This document shows positions 37,551 through 51,404 of a stretch of DNA of 64,000 nt, in pieces. A program made the translations under genes and the position numbers. This stretch comes from Selaginella moellendorffii (Eukaryota > Plantae > Lycopodiophyta). Position 1 is the first letter of the stretch. Every line of letters starts with the position of its first letter. The notes under the pieces were generated by a model. The model did no database searches. It was not told the origin of the DNA and worked only from the letters and a program-made list of their open reading frames with translations. The stretch lies in assembly GCF_000143415.4 (NCBI RefSeq), contig NW_003314302.1, positions 1,181,820 through 1,245,819 on the forward strand. The letters run 5' to 3'.

Positions 37551-40500
37551 TGCGGAACCTAAACCCTCTATGTGCCACGTGTCATATGCCACATGTCCAA
37601 AAGATAGTGGTGTGGAACCTCGAGTTTCAGAGCCTTGGGCCATTGATGTCAAACTCCTAAGCATGGAGTCAAGGAGTGACAGAACAGAACCATGGAGTAG
37701 CTCCCGAGCATATAGCCAAAAGAGCAAAGGGTAAGGAGCATGGAGTGACTTGGAACAGTCCTAGAGCAACCAGTATCCCAATGCCAGGACCAACATGCAA
37801 AACGGAGCTAAACAGAGTCTGGCACTATTTCAACATACCAGTGCCTTAACATGAGGGTATAGGTACTCCACTAGCTAGCATGGTGTGGAACTTGGGCTTA
37901 GACCCAAGCCAAATGCAAAACAAAAACAGGCACGCAAGCAAAAGTTAGATTATGCCTTAGGTTGGTCAGCCATACCCAACCTACCCACTATCCCTATTAT
38001 ACATTTGGAACTCCCTATAGCCCCTCCCTCCCCTTTGAAGAACACACACTTTAGGCTTTGACCTAGTATCAGGAGTTAGTCTCTAGGACAAACTTGAAAC
38101 TTACTAAATATGGAATGTCCTTAGATTGTGAATTTAGACACGGGATAAACACTATTGTGTTCAGGACAATCTCTACATTCCATAAATATGCTAAATAAGA
38201 AAATCTAGACACTTTTCATAAATAGCATTTGAAACCGAAATGAGACTAACACAAAGGGCATGATAGTGAGGGTGTTTGGCAGACACAGTAAGCTATCATT
38301 TAGCAATATTGAGGGATCAAACTCAATATTGCGGGGGTTCTTGACACTAGCAAGTGCAAGCTAATGACAAACCAAGCTAAGTATACTCAACAAGAAACAC
38401 ATAGAGTTCTTACCTTATGTTTATCCAATTTAAGTGCATGTTTATTGACCAGTTTCTCAACTAGCTCAAGTGGGAATTGATAACGGGTCCAATAATACTG
38501 ACCTTCTACCGTCATGGTAGTAAGGAAAGAATATCTGAAAGGACTAGCTGACATATAAATTTTGATACCCGAAGTCACATTCACAACACTCTCCCCCCCT
38601 TAGGGAAGATCGACGTCTACCGGCAAGGAAACAACTCTAGAAAAAATTCACGGTGATCATACTATGTGAGAAATGCACCAACCCTAAATGAGTTAGGGTA
38701 ACTTCTTTATTTAACGCAAATGCACTACTAATATAGACACCTTTTGGCTATTATTGACAAGGAAATGACCAATGGAGTTAGCCACCTTTATTGCTTTGGG
38801 TGTCATCTAACTTACAAAAGTGTGATATGCTCTTGCTTACAATGATATAGAGAGAGAAGTTAAAGGCCTTAACCCTCATGAGCAAAGAAACCAAACCTGT
38901 TGGTAAGGTTTAGATAAACTACTATAAACAGGTAGTTAAAGTTGTTTACACAGTCACACCCTTTTACAATGAAATAAGGAATATTGACAAAGAGGCAGGT
39001 GATGAGACCAGTCGATAGTAACTACTCTATGATTAGAGATTTCACCATGCATACGAAGCACCAAAGCCAATCTGTCTATACTGGCCCAAATTCAATGATT
39101 AATAGATGGATAATATTAAAGTCAAAGACAATGATATTTGAGAGACTTAATTATCAGTGAATAAATCTTAGTTTAGAACACGAAAGTATTCCAAGTAAGT
39201 TATCATTCGATAAACGAGGATTAGAATATAGGAACCACCAAGATCATCATAATTGGAAAATATAGGATTCACCATCTAATAATATTCAATAGCTAGTGTA
39301 TCATTAAGAAAACGTAATGATAAAACTTAACTATTAAATATTTAGATAGCATACTAAACAACTTACGTAATACGACTAAAAGAACACAAAGTATTATTGA
39401 CTGGTAAGCAAGATGCTCGCAAATGTATCACCAAAGGAAATAACATCCTAATCTATCAGAACTAACATGAGCAACAATCAACAGAACAGAATGAATGCCA
39501 CAAAACCAACAAATATTCGTTCATACCAACTATCGCACTAGCCAATTTGAATAAATCCCAACTAACAACACCAAGGAACTCAAGTTGCTTAAGCAAGTGT
39601 CAGCAACATCCCATTGATGTCTCAAACCCAAGAGACCAATCCAAAGTAAACCACAAAAAACATGTGGTATTGCTAAAGCTAAAAGCCATCAAAGTGAATA
39701 ACTAACTACCATGAAAGATCATCAATCATCCTATCAACAAAAAGATGCAAAATCATCATCAAAAAAAGAATCTACCATCCTGAAGGACGGCAAATCATTC
39801 TATATCAACAACACTCAAGCAAAACCTTTTGATAAGGATAATTAACTAATCTAGATGATAGTCAATCATCACTAATGATTGTGAGATGCAAAAGCCAATT
39901 TTAACATTGAAGCTAACAAGCTAAAATGCCTTCCCTAACAATTTTTAACAAATGGAACAATGAGTATGAAAACTCAAAAAACTAGAGCTTGAAGAAGTTT
40001 AGAATTAAGTTTTGCATAATAATGATCACGAGTTTCATAAAAACTCACTTCAATATTAAAGAGAAATCACGGTACAGCCCACAATATCCTCCTCAACACA
40101 TCCATAAGCCAACCAAGACTCAATGAAATCCAACACTACTAATTAAATGCAACCAAATGATATCGACAAAGGTAGAGTCAACATGCCAACATAGAAAACC
40201 CATGTAAGCCCACGACATGATCCTCCGCAACACCAACCGGTAAAACAAGCCTATCACTGCTAAATCATCATCGAGTAAAACAAGTGTCAACAGTTCTTGA
40301 TGAAGTTTACAAGTAATCACTGGTCGCAAAGCAACTAACAATCACTCTTTAACTTGCTTTCACAAGACCCAAACATTAAACTCATGTTATCAAGTCATAT
40401 GCTTGTCCAGTATGAATGTAATACCCTAGACATGAAATAAAGGTTCATGGACAAGCACGAACTAAATGACTACTTGAATCCAACTCAACAGCAGTAAGCT

Positions 40501-43500
40501 CACCAATGCGTTTATGAGCATACCTTGAAGAAGCCTCCTCATAGACAAACCTATAGTACGGGTACCGACATCTCAACCTCAAACAACTAAGTTGGACATG
40601 ATTCACCATTATCAACTAAGGAGCAGGGCCACCAAAACCAAGTCAAGATCAGTGAGAGCTCATTACTCTCATAAAGTCTAATGAAATGCAAGGTGCAACT
40701 TGCCACTAAGTATAACGCTACAGAAGAAAGGCACAAGGGTCACCTTTCTACATCAACTCGAGATTCTATTCAACTCAATTGCTTTAACCCCAAAGGTTAG
40801 CATCCTTTTCGGTTTGTATTATAAAAACTACTTATTAAGGTTAAGTTAACCGAAGTCAACTCCAACCCCTTCATTGGTTTGTACTGACTTACAAAAATGG
40901 AATGGTTTTCAAACAAAGTGATCAACAAATTAACCATTGGAAAAATCTAAGAAAATTTGTGGAAATTTTTCCATCCTAGAGAAAGAATGACTCTCAGTCC
41001 AAGAATGCAAACTTTCAAGACTCAACTAACTTCCTCTTACTAACAACTTCACATAAATTCACTTCAACACAAATTCTCATGACCTAATAGCATGCTTAAT
41101 TATCAAACATCTTTGCCCATTTTTCTGATATCCAACACCGACATCCGCAAAAATGCAAAATAAACATTTAAGGCTTGATTATGAAGACCACATCTTTGGA
41201 TATCTATATTGCACTAACACTCTTCTTCAACCACCTTCAAGATCCAATGTGAAGTCAAAATACTAATAAAAAAAATGACATGAAAAATCAAGTTCTAAGG
41301 AAAATTCCTCATCACTTAAAACAATAATGCCACTTCCACTAATACAAGTGCTAACGATGTTAATGCCTTAACTACACACCTTCTCCATCCAACAATCTAC
41401 TTTTAGTGTTAATAGATCAACCGACAAGAAATAGCAAATGAATGCCATAACCCTTTCCACAACCTTATGGGCAAACCCTTAAGGAAAAAATGTACTAACT
41501 CAAATTTAGCATAATGGACCACAATTGAGAATCCAGTCAAAGTTACTATAATGTTACTACATGTAAGTAGACTAGCTTCACCATCAACCACTTTGGGGTT
41601 GATCATCATTAACCAAGCAATTTCGTAAACACATTTCTCATTATCACATGGATATTATAAAAGTATCACAATGACTTGATCATCCATTGAGCAACACTAC
41701 GAGCAATGCCCATGTTATTACTTTAAATGTTTATGTGAATATCAAGTGCTAACTCGATTTGATAAAATGCAACATAAATGCCACACTCCACTGATAGAGA
41801 TTTACAACACCCAATACTAGTAACTTTTGTTCACAATACGGACAAGCTCATGCCACTCTCTTTCTGACCAAACTCAAAACTAATCTAACACCAAGCTATT
41901 CAAAGAGCAATAGCAAAGTTCCCCGGAAAAAGAATTGAGCATTGTCTTCAATAGCAAGTCTAAACAAAATGGTATAACACTTTATGGTTATCCATTCCAC
42001 AACTCACCACTTGCAAAATTATCACTTCCAACATGCATCAAAGTAGGGACTCTTGATTGCATGATATGAATATGAGCAATGAATTAACATCTCATTGCAA
42101 ATCATCTCTCCAAGAAGAGAAGATAATTTATGTGTTTGATCTTTCGTCCCTGACAACTCTCTTTTCAGTCTCATCTTTGACCAAACCTCAAGCTTGCTTT
42201 CGCACTGCCTTTAGTCCAATCCAAGAAAAGTTTATGAGAGAGCATGGCAATGACTACTTGAACTAATGGACTATAATCTTGATTGGTTCACTTATAATCA
42301 TGCCTAGAAAAGATCCACTAGTGCCATGCTAAACAGCTATAGACTAGCTTATTTGCCACTCATAGCAAACCCAAGGGAGGTTTACTTTTACCTGGTAACC
42401 ATTGATAGGACAACATTAATCCTACCAACTCAAATTGTAACCTCGAGTTGTTAATGTACCTCACTTATGAGCCCAAGTGCAAACTCGTGCAAATGGAACA
42501 ACTCAGTCCATCCTATGAGCTCAATATAAGGAACCGACTCCCTGAGATATTGTAGGCTAAAGGATCCCCGAAAGCATGACCGAAATGACAAAAAGTTCAT
42601 CGGATGGGACCGAGTCGAAGATCGAGTCCAAGACCGACTCTGAGACCAAGTTCGAGATAGAGTTCAGGATCGAGCCCGAGGCCAAATCGGAGACCGAGTT
42701 CAAGATCAAGTTCGAGACAGTGTCCGAGATCCAAATCGGGTCTGAGACCGAGTCCGAGGTCGAGTCCGACATCAAGTCTGAGATCGGGTCCGAGATCGAG
42801 TTCGAGATCGAGTCCGAGACCGAGTCCGAAGTCAAGTCCGAGATCGAGTCCGAGTCCGAGATCGAGTTCAAGACTGAGTCCAAATACTAATACGGGTCAA
42901 GGGGTGAAAGCCCAAAGCATGTGTCTCCCAGGGCGGGGGGGGCGGGCTGCAGGGGGTTCCAAAAGTATAGTAGGGATAGTGAGGTCTAGGAACCAGTCTT
43001 GACGGAACTCTCCAGTGGTGCTTCCAAACCGACTTGAGGTTAAGACTGGGGCTGAGGGGCCTTGGGTGGGAGTGAGCATGGGCTTGGGTGGTGCCGAAGG
43101 GGCCACCTAGGGAAGTGCTCAAGAGCAACTCCCACTCCTGAAAGGGAAACTGACTGCGGTGCTCCCGACTCATGTGGAGTGGTGCCCCATTTGAATACCT
43201 TGTGGCTTATTGGTCCTCGCCCTTCCTAGGGGCTTGGGCCTTCCCTTCGGGATAGAAGTGGGGGGCGTAGAGGTACCCATACTGGGCCGTTAGGCCATGG
43301 TGTTTCGCCCCGATGTCCCGAAGCAAGTGTTGCACCCAAGACTTGGGATTTAGAGGGTCCCATGATCAAGTCTTGTTGTACCAAGGGGTGTTAGGAACCT
43401 GGAGGCTTGGTGTGCTTGGCTACTTGTGCCTATGGGGAGTGTAGCCAAACCTTAAGTCCAGTCTAACCCGGGGAGGGGGATTAAGAGGGATTTGGGAATC

Positions 43501-46500
43501 CGTGGATGGATGGCTAATGCTTCGTTGTTCGTGCAATGAGTAGTTGAAACTAAGTAGGACCAAGTAGGAGCTGGTACAATAGGTGGGAACCTTGGCAAGG
43601 GAACTTAGCACAAGCCAAGGTAGTGTTGGTCGGATAGACGAGGTAAGCTGGCAAATTGGAAAGGAAAAATTTGTGGTTTACAATTTGGTATTGGAGCCTT
43701 TTCCTCAATTCTAGCGAAGGATAGAGGCAGATTGCTGGGAGATGGCAAAGGCAAGGCGGAAACGAACCAAGGCGGAGATGGAACCTCCTCCAGAGCTAGA
43801 GCCTCCGGTCGAACAAGAGGCTATGGTTGAGGAATCCTTGCATGAGGAGGACTCTAGTGAGGAAACTTCCAAACAGGAGTCCGGTGGTGAGGTTCGGTCG
43901 TCCAAAGCTTGATTGGACATTCTAGAAGGACAATTAGCACAAACCAATGCCCTGCTAGAGACTCTCATACACAAGTTAAAGTGTGACGAGAAGCGGAAGA
44001 AAAAGCGAAAGACTGCGGATGCTGGCAGCGCAGAGGGTGCGGACCCTTTGGTAGGGACTGAGGCAGAACTAAACAAGGTCGAACAAACCGAAGTGGAATC
44101 AGTCCCTCAGGTAGTTCCCAAGCACAAACCAAAGCCCCCACCGGTCTTCAAGGGAGTGAATGATTATAAGGTGGTGGAGGATTGGTTTTACAATATGGAG
44201 GACTATTTCCGAGCGTTGCGGTTACCAAGCTCGGAAAAGGTCCCATGTGCAAAACCATACTTGGTAGATAATGCCAAGTCTTGGTGGAGAACGACAGAGG
44301 CCAACGAAGGACCGGTGGCCACTTGGGAAATGATGAAGGCGAGGATCCGTGCGACTTACATTCCTCCGAATGCTACTCTGCATCTAAGGGACGAGCTAAG
44401 TAGGCTGAAGAAAACCGGAACCATTCAGGAGTATGTAAATGGGTTTATGGCAAAGAGGATACTTGTCATGGATATGGGAGATATGGATGCGTTCCATGCC
44501 TTCATATTAGGTTTGCAAACCTGGGCTCGTGGTGAGGTGATGCGTTGGAACCCAACCAACTACAAGGAAGTGTTGGATGTGGCCATCAAGGTGCATTTCA
44601 ATGATAACCTGCGAAAGGGGTACACGATGGGGTTGGGGTCCACGTTTAGCAAAGGGGTCAAACCAAGGGGAACGTATAGCAGAGGGAAATTCAAGAAGAG
44701 TTTCTCTAAGAATGAGTCCTTGGGGTTCCGGAAAGGCAAATTCGGCGGCCAGCGAGCAAATACGTGGGGGAGTCAAGCAAAAAGAGACACACCTACAGAT
44801 AAGAAGGTCAAGTCGTATAGTAGCATGGGAAACAACGTATGCTACAATTGCGGTGAAGTGGGACACTTTTCGAGGGAATGTCCTTACCTGAAGAAAGCTA
44901 GAGCCAATATGGCCATCAAGTCGGGTGAAGTCCAAATTGAGGTATATGATCCAGTCCCTAACTCAAAGTTACTCATTACATGAGAAACTTTGGTAGAGAG
45001 TCGTTCGCGACATCTACTAGCCCTCCGAGGGAAGCTCGGAGGTAGCTTTGTTAAGATCCTTATTGACACGGGTGCTTCAGATAATTTTGTGGCTGCAAAC
45101 ATAGTCTGGCAAGCCGGACTAATGGTGTAGCGGCTAGGTGAACCAAGGACTATAGAGTTTGTTCAAGGTAGCCAAAGCACCGATGAGGTACTTCGACAAG
45201 CAAGAGTCGAAGTAGGGATATGGAAAATAGACATGGATGTCACCATGTTGGACATGGCGGGATTTGATGTGATCTTCGGAATGGATTGGTTCAATTGGTT
45301 CGTGGTAGCCGTGCATGGACAAGGTAGAAACCTTGTGGTACTAACAAATGCCCAAGGAAGAAGATCTAGGGTGGAGGCCCAGGATCTAAAGGTAGGGCAA
45401 AGCAAGGCCAAAGATTCCCACTTAAACCTGGTTTCCACGAGAGGACAACTCACTAAAGTAACTAAGGCAGTGTTTTTGTGCTTACTCTCGGTGAAGAGTG
45501 ATAAAAAGACAGGAATGGAAGAAGTACCTTTAGTGATCTAGCGGGTGTTAGACCAATTCCAGGATACCATGCCAGAGGAGCTACCAGCGGGGTTGCCCCC
45601 CGCACGACTGATAGAATATAAGATTGAGCTGGTTGAGGGTGCTGAGGTGGTGGTTCGTCCCCCTTATCATTTGAACGAAAAAGAACTCGAGGAGCTCAAG
45701 CACCAACTAAAGGAGTTGGTGGACAAAGGGTATGTTAGGTTGATCAAGTTGTCGTATGGGGCGCCAGTGTTATTTGTGAAAAAGAAAGATGGATCTATGC
45801 GCATGTGCATAGACTACCGGTTGCTCAACAAGTATACAAAGAAGAATAAGTACCTTTTGCCAAGGATTGAGGACCTGTTCGATAGGTTGGGAAAGGCAAA
45901 ATAGTTTTTGAGGATTGACTTGAGGTCAGGATACTACTAGAACAGGGTAGCAGAGGAAGATGTCGAGAAGACAACCTGTCTAACCAGGTATGGGAGCTTT
46001 GAGTTTCTGGTGATGCCCTTTGGGCTGTGCAATGCACCGGCAACTTTTTTGGCGTTGATGAACCATATCTTTGTACCCTATTTGGATCACTTTGTGGTTG
46101 TCTATATCGATGACATCTTGATCTATAGCGAGACACTAGAGGAGCATGCCGAACACTTGGCGAAGGTGTTTGAGAAACTAAGGAACACAAACTATATGCT
46201 AAAGAGAGCAAATGTGACTTTGCTCAACAAGAGGTAAAGTTTCTCAGGCATGTGGTGGGCCAAGACGGACTCAAGGTGGACCCGGAGAAGGTCCAAGCGA
46301 TCCAGGAATGGGAGCGACCATCGAATGTACATGAGTTGAGGGCGTTCTTGGGGCTATGCAACTACTACCGAAAGTTTATCAAACACTATTCGAGAGTAGC
46401 CCTGCCCTTAACGGACCAAACAGGAAAAGGGAAGATGGTATGGACAGCGGAATGCGAAGCGGCATTCATCCACCTCAAAGGGAAGTTGAGGACGGCTCCC

Positions 46501-49500
46501 ATGTTGGCATTACCAAACTTTGGTAAGGACTTTGAGGTAGAAATGGATGCTTCAGACTTTGCGCTGGGTGCAGTTTTGAAGCAAGACAACCATCCAGTAG
46601 CGTTCTTCTTGAAGAAGTTGGACAAGGCTCAACAAAAGTGGCCTGCCCACGAGAAGGAATTGTTTGCAGTGGTCAAGGCACTCAAGGAGTGGCGACACTA
46701 CCTTGGGAGACACTTCAAGGTTTACACGAACAATGTAGCAACGAAACACTTTTTGTCACAGCCCGACCTGAGAGGGAAATAGGGTCAGTGGGCCAATGCC
46801 TTGGCCGAGTTTGATTGTGAGATTCTGTACAAGCCCGGGAAGAGCAACATTGTGGCGGATGCGCTAAGTCGAAAAGCGAGCTTGAGGTTGGCGATATCCA
46901 GCATAACAGCAACCTTTTGGGACGATGTGTGGACAGCATATAAGAACGATGGTCTAGCACAAGAAGTGTTGCTGAGGAATCTAGAGGCACGGGAAGCTCA
47001 CCAGAGAGGTGAGCTGCCAACGGAAGAGAAAACGGGCTATGCGGAACGCAACGGACTCATCTATTACAAGCAAACGAGGGTGTATGTTCCAGAAGGGGAA
47101 CTAAGGAAGGTAGCCTTAGAAGAGTGTCATGACGGACCTCTTGCGGGACACGGCGGAGTGCCCAAGACGATGGGCTTACTCAAGAGGAAGTACCATTGGC
47201 CAGATATGGCTAAGGAAGTCCAAGACTATGTAAAGACATGTCCAACATGTCAGCAGGTCAAAGCCGTGACTAAGGCTAGTGGGGGCTTGTTGCAAAGCAT
47301 CCCAATTCCAGATCGCCCGTGGAAATGTCTTACAATGGACTTCATCACGGGACTCCCCCCAAGCGAGGGGTTTGATGCGATATTCGTGGTGGTGGACCGA
47401 TTTTCAAAAATGGCACATTTCATACCCACCACAACGGAAGTGGATGCGGAAGGTGTGGCGAAGTTGTTCTTCGAACAAGTGGTTCAAGTGCGGGGAAGGC
47501 CGGAAGAGATCATCTTAGATCGAGATAAGATCTTCACTAGTAGGTTCTGGAGGACTCTCTTGGAACAGTATCGCACCAATTTAAAATTCAGCACAGTCTA
47601 TCACCCACAGATAGGTATTGGGTATTAAGTCAAGTTTGATGGCACTAACACTTCTTGACAGACGGACAAACGGAAAGGGTGAATAGGCAGTTGGAGGATT
47701 ATTTGCGATGCTATGTCTCGGGAGACCAGACCGATTGGGTAAGTCATTTGGGACTTGCAGAAATGTGTTATAACAACTCACCACATTCGAGTATCGGGGT
47801 GAGTCCATAGGAAGTCATCAATGGGTGAGCTATTGAAGGTCTTGTGGAACTCGGCGTGCCCGAGTATCATGGAGAGTTACCCGCAGTGGAGGCATTCACG
47901 GCGGAAATATTCAGCATTTGGAATCTAGTGAGGGATTCCTTGGAACGGGCTCAACAAAGGCAAACCAAGTACGCGAACCAGAAGCACCGGGATGTAGAGT
48001 TCCAAGCTGGGGAGAAGGTGTGGCTGAACACCAAGAACCTCAAGCTACCAAGTGGGATCAGACAGAAGTTGACCCAAAGGTAAAAATGCATATATTCCTG
48101 TAAATGAATTGATCTTGAGTTCCTTAAGCAAGTTCGCGGGGCTTTACGAGATTGAGGCACGAATCGGTAAAGTGGCTTACCATCTCTGACTTCCTCGAGA
48201 GATGGGGAAGATGCACCTAGTGTTCCACGTGAATTTACTCAAGCCGTACTTTGAGGATCCGCTTTGCAAGGACCAAGTAAGACCTTTACTTGAGGTTATC
48301 CAAGGGGAAAAGGAATACAAAGTCGAGGCCATCCTCAATGCGCGCAAGAGCAAGTGACAAGGACGCAAGGTGAGAGAGTTCCATGTGAAGTGGAAAGGAT
48401 TTCCACACTGCGAAGAAACATGGGAACTGGAGGAGAACTTAGCGAATGCGCGAGATCTAGTGGAGGAATTTCTGCAAGGCAGAACTCTATGTACTTATAC
48501 AAAGTTCAATTAAAATATCAATTTGTGAAGTTGAGCAATGGCATATGTTGGGACCCGAAGGCGCGCCGAAGGTAAGCTAATTAGCATGGGTTAGCTAGGT
48601 CGACCAGGCATAGGGCACTACGCCCGACTCCCCATGGGGATGTCAAATCCGTAGACGTATTCTACGGAGGTTGGGTTCGAGTCCCAACCCCCTAGTAAAG
48701 CAAGGATGGGTTCAAGTCCCGACCCCATACTAGGGCGTGGTGAGGTGAGGGGTATAGGGACACCTATATTCCGTTGTCATGGGCTCTTGGCCGGGGAGGC
48801 TAACTTAGGCACACCGCTAAGTGGGGGGATGCCCCCGGAGACATCGTCAACAAGTCGTAGGATCAAAAGAGATGTTCGATGTGGGCATCAAACTTCTTCT
48901 ATGGGTGGTGGAGTTGTAAGGAACCGACTCCCCGAGATGTTGTAGGCTAAAGGATCCCCGAAAGCATGACCGAAATGACAAAGTGTTCATCAGATGGGAC
49001 CGAGTCGAAGATCAAGTCCAAGACCGACTTTGAGACCGAGTTCAAGATAGAGTCCGGGATCGAGCCCGAGGCCGAATTGGAGATCGAGTTCGAGACAGTG
49101 TCCGAGATCCAAATCAGGTCCAAGACCGAGTCCGAGGTTGAGTCCGAAGTCGAGTCCGAGATGGGGTCCGAGATCGAGTTTGAGATCGAGTCCAAGACCG
49201 AGTCTGAAGTTGGGTCCGAGATCGAGTTCGAGATCAAGTCCGAGACCGAGTCCGAATACTAATACGAGTCAAGGGGTGAAAGCCCAAAGCATGTGTCTCC
49301 CAGCGGGGGGGGTGTAGGGGGTTCCAAAAGTATAGTAGGGATAGTGAGGTCCAAGAACTAATCTTGAAGGAACTCTCCAGTGGTGCTTCCAAACCGACTT
49401 GAGGTTGAAATTGGCGCTGATGGGCCTTGGGTGGGAGTGAGCATGGGCTTGGGTGGTGCCGAAGGGGCCACCCAGGGAAGTGCTCAAGAGCAGCTCCCAC

Positions 49501-51404
49501 TCTCGAAATGGAAACCAATTGCGGTGCTCCCGGCTCATGTGGAGTGGTGCCCCACTTGAGTACCTTGTGGCTCATTGGTTCTCGCCCTTAATAGGGGCTT
49601 GGGCCTTCCCTTCGGGATGGAAGTGGGGGGGTAGAGGTACCCATACCGGGCTGTTAGGCCATAGTATTTCACCCTAATGTCCCGAAGCAAGTGTTGCACC
49701 CAAGGCTTGGGATTTAGAGGGTCCCATGATCAAGTCTTGTTGTACCAAGGGGTGTTAGGAACTTAAAGGCTTGGTGTGCTTGGCTACTTGTGCTTGCAGA
49801 GAGTGTAGCCGAACCTTAAGTCCAGTCTAACCCGGGGAGGGGGATTGGGAGGGATTTGGGAATCCGTGGATGGATGGCTAACGCTCCATTGCTCATGTAG
49901 TGAGTAGCTGAAACCAAGTAGGACTAAGTAGGAGCTGGTACAATAGGCGGGAGCCTTGGCGAGGGAACTTAGCACAAGCCAAGGCAGTGTTAGTCGGATA
50001 GACGAAGTAAGCTGGCAAATTGGAAAGGAAATATTTGTGGCTTACACCCAAAAGCAAGCTCACATAATACGGTACAACAAGGTAACCAAACCCATACCCA
50101 AGGAACCATTGCAAAGCCTTTGCACCCAAATGTGTACCCACTTGGATTATTGTTTTCATCTCTGCATATATAATGAGACTAGTTGCCCAATCTCATTAGA
50201 TAGTACTCACTGAGACTCATCCTTTGATACGAAATGTAGCGCACATGGTTTTTACCCTTTATCCTATGGTGATTTACCATAGGATAACCATGGAATGGAA
50301 CCTAAACCCTCCATATGCCATGTGTCATATGCCATGTGTCAAATGCCATGTGTCTAAAGAACAGTGGTGTGGAACCCAAGTTTCAGGGCCTTGGGCCACT
50401 AAACGAAGGAACAGTGCCAAACTCCTAAGCATGGAGCCAAGGAGTGACAGAACCAGACCATGGAGCAACTCTAGAGTGTACAGCCTAAGGAGCAAAGGGA
50501 CAGGAGCATGGAGCGACTTGGAACAGTCCTAGAGCAACCAACATCCTAATGCCAAGACCAGTATGCAAAATGGAGCCAAACGGAGTCTAGCACTATTTTA
50601 GCATACCGGTGGCCTAACACAAGGGCATAAGTATTCCACCAGTTAGCATGGTGTGGAACTTAGGCTTAGACCCAAGCCAGATGCAAAACAAGGATAGACA
50701 CACAAACGAGAGTTAGACTACGCCTCAGGTTGGTCGGCCATGCCCAACCTACCCACTATCCCTACTATACATTTAGAACCCCCCATAGCCCCTCCCCCGC
50801 CCCCCACCCCTCAACCCCCTCCCCCTCTTGAGGAATACACGCTTTGGGCTTTCACCCCAAGCCTCCCTTAGTATTAGGAGTTAGTCTCTAGGACAAGCTC
50901 GAAACTTACTAAATATGGAATGTTCTTAGATTGCAAATTTGGACACAAGATGAACACCATTGTGTTCAGAACAATCTCTACATTCCGTAGATATGCCAAA
51001 TGAGCAAATCTAGACACTTTCCATAAATAGTTTTTGAGACTGAAATGAGACTAACACAAAGGGCATGATAGCGAGGGTGTTTGGCAGATACAGTAAGCTA
51101 TTATCTAGCAATATTTAGGGACCAAGCTCAATATTGTGGGGGTTCTTGACACTAGCAAGTGCAAGCCAATGACACAAGTTTCTCAAACTATGCCAAGTAT
51201 GCTCAACAAGAAATACATAGGGTTCCTACCTTATGTTTATCCAATTTAAGTGCATGTTCATTGACCAGTTTCTCAACTAGCTCAAGTGGGAATTGATAAC
51301 GGGTCCAGCAATATCGACCTTCTATTGTCATGGCAGTAAGAAAAGAATATCCTAAAGGACTAGCCGACAAGTAACTTTCGATACCTAAAGTCACATTCAC
51401 GACA
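37551..51404 (-). mobile_element. Highly decayed LTR retroelement (family D) hosting chromovirus copy B
   Basis: LTRs 50235-51404 and 37551-38588 (the latter with a small deletion just inside its end). TSD AATAT on both sides. Degenerate PBS at 50221-50234. PPT AGGGGGGGAGAG next to 38589. Coding domains are only weakly recognisable. Confidence 0.8.
42525..50046 (+). mobile_element. Full-length chromovirus Ty3/Gypsy copy B with its own long LTRs
   Basis: LTRs 42525-43682 (TG mutated to TA) and 48915-50046. TSD CTCAA/CCCAA. PBS TGGTATTGGAGC. gag ATG at 43742. DTGAS, YIDD, IN and chromodomain are present with several stops and one frameshift. Confidence 0.94.
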
